Positions 63,030-64,000 of a stretch of DNA of 64,000 bases are shown piece after piece. A model generated the notes under the pieces. The model was not told where the DNA came from. It searched no databases and worked only from the letters and a program-made list of their open reading frames with translations. Position 1 is the first letter of the stretch; every line of letters starts with the position of its first letter. Source of the stretch: Neophaeotheca triangularis (Eukaryota); contig BAAIJX010000048.1 in NCBI GenBank assembly GCA_054600435.1, forward strand, positions 62,001 to 126,000. The letters run 5' to 3'. A program made the translations under genes and the position numbers.

Positions 63030-64000
63030 ATGGCTCCATCAGGCCCAGACATGGGCCTCTCGGCCAAGAGAGCACAGTACGCGGGTCCACCGGGTCTCAA
63101 AGGGCTCCTGCACAATGGCAAGACAACGGTATTCTATCTGTTACTCGTCAGTTATCGATCGATCAGTATTGCTGACCATCAGTCGAGTCCATCGCTTGCT
63201 TCGCTGCGTTGGGCGGATTTGTCTATGGCTGTAGGTGCCCAATCATCCATCACTCTCGACAAGATTAAAGAGCCAGTATTGACGCATGAACCAGACAACC
63301 AAGGGATGTTCGGTCAAATCTTGACCATGAACTCCTTCATCGAACGGGTACGTCGAGCTCCACATTCCGTCAGGGAAGCCGACAATAATGCTGACCAAAC
63401 CGTTAGATCAATCCTTATTACGATGGCAACCCTGGTATCCAACAGGCTATGCTGACGGCAATCCTTGAGCTCGGTGCTTGGGTGGGCACCTTGATCAATG
63501 GTGTCCTCGCCGACTCCTTGGGCCGACGATGGACCGTCGTCGTCGCCTGCGTCGTCTTCACTGTCGGTGTGATCGTTCAAGCGTGCACGCAAAACAAAGA
63601 CTACGTCCTCGGCGGTAGATTCGTCACAGGTCTTGGAGTTGGAGCCTTCAGTATGTTGGTGCCACTCTATAATGCCGAGCTGGCGCCTCCGGAAGTACGC
63701 GGTGCACTGGTCGCCCTACAACAGCTTGCTATTACCTTTGGCATTATGATCTCCTACTGTGAGTGATGCGGCATTTCTACCTTTGCTCATGATTTTTCGC
63801 TTACCATATCCCAGGGATCGGCTACGGAACGAATTTCATAGGAGGCACAGGAGACAGTCAATCCGATGCGTAAGTGTAACAATCCTTGTTTGCCTACCGA
63901 GATAAGCCACTAACATACCACTACGACATATAGTGCCTGGTTGATCCCCATCTGCATCCAGCTCATCCCTTCGACCGTCCTAGCAGCTGGCATGTTACTC
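63030..64000 (+). CDS. MFS sugar porter, 5' part, runs off the window; exons 63030-63128, 63188-63230, 63295-63347, 63407-63758, 63815-63869, 63934->64000
   Basis: Spliced IACFAALGGFVYGYNQGMFGQIL, ADSLGRR, GRFVTGLGVG, PLYNAELAPPEVRGALVALQQLAITFGIMISYW. Five introns keep the frame. Confidence 0.92.

Overview
Gene-dense eukaryotic DNA from a filamentous ascomycete. Short GT-AG introns with CTRAC/CTRAT branch points and the protein content suggest Pezizomycotina, probably Dothideomycetes; this is an inference, not a database result. I can build about 22 protein-coding gene models, most of them spliced by eye. They are GGC1, a WD40 protein, a Puf4-type PUF protein, Pol III subunits RPC2/RET1 and RPC82, an FCP1/NIF-like HAD protein, a CAP/PRY protein, SPATA20/YyaL, RAD23, GPI13, a COG1-like protein, GH43, QCR2, ADK1, CUS1/SF3B2, an RGG-repeat protein, a SWIM-finger protein, a truncated sugar porter and four hypotheticals. 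I saw no tRNA, rRNA, transposon or CRISPR. This is mostly housekeeping sequence and I found no convincing new multi-gene system. The most notable unexplained signals are: repeated abrupt C/A-rich to G/T-rich skew inversions inside genes on either strand; a small membrane protein with calcineurin (PxIxIT) and Rsp5 (LPxY) docking motifs; hidden splicing features (a 27-nt microexon, an in-frame GC-AG intron, a palindromic 5' splice site, AAG/GAG acceptors); candidate PUF autoregulatory sites; and a roughly 23-copy RGDFGG array.
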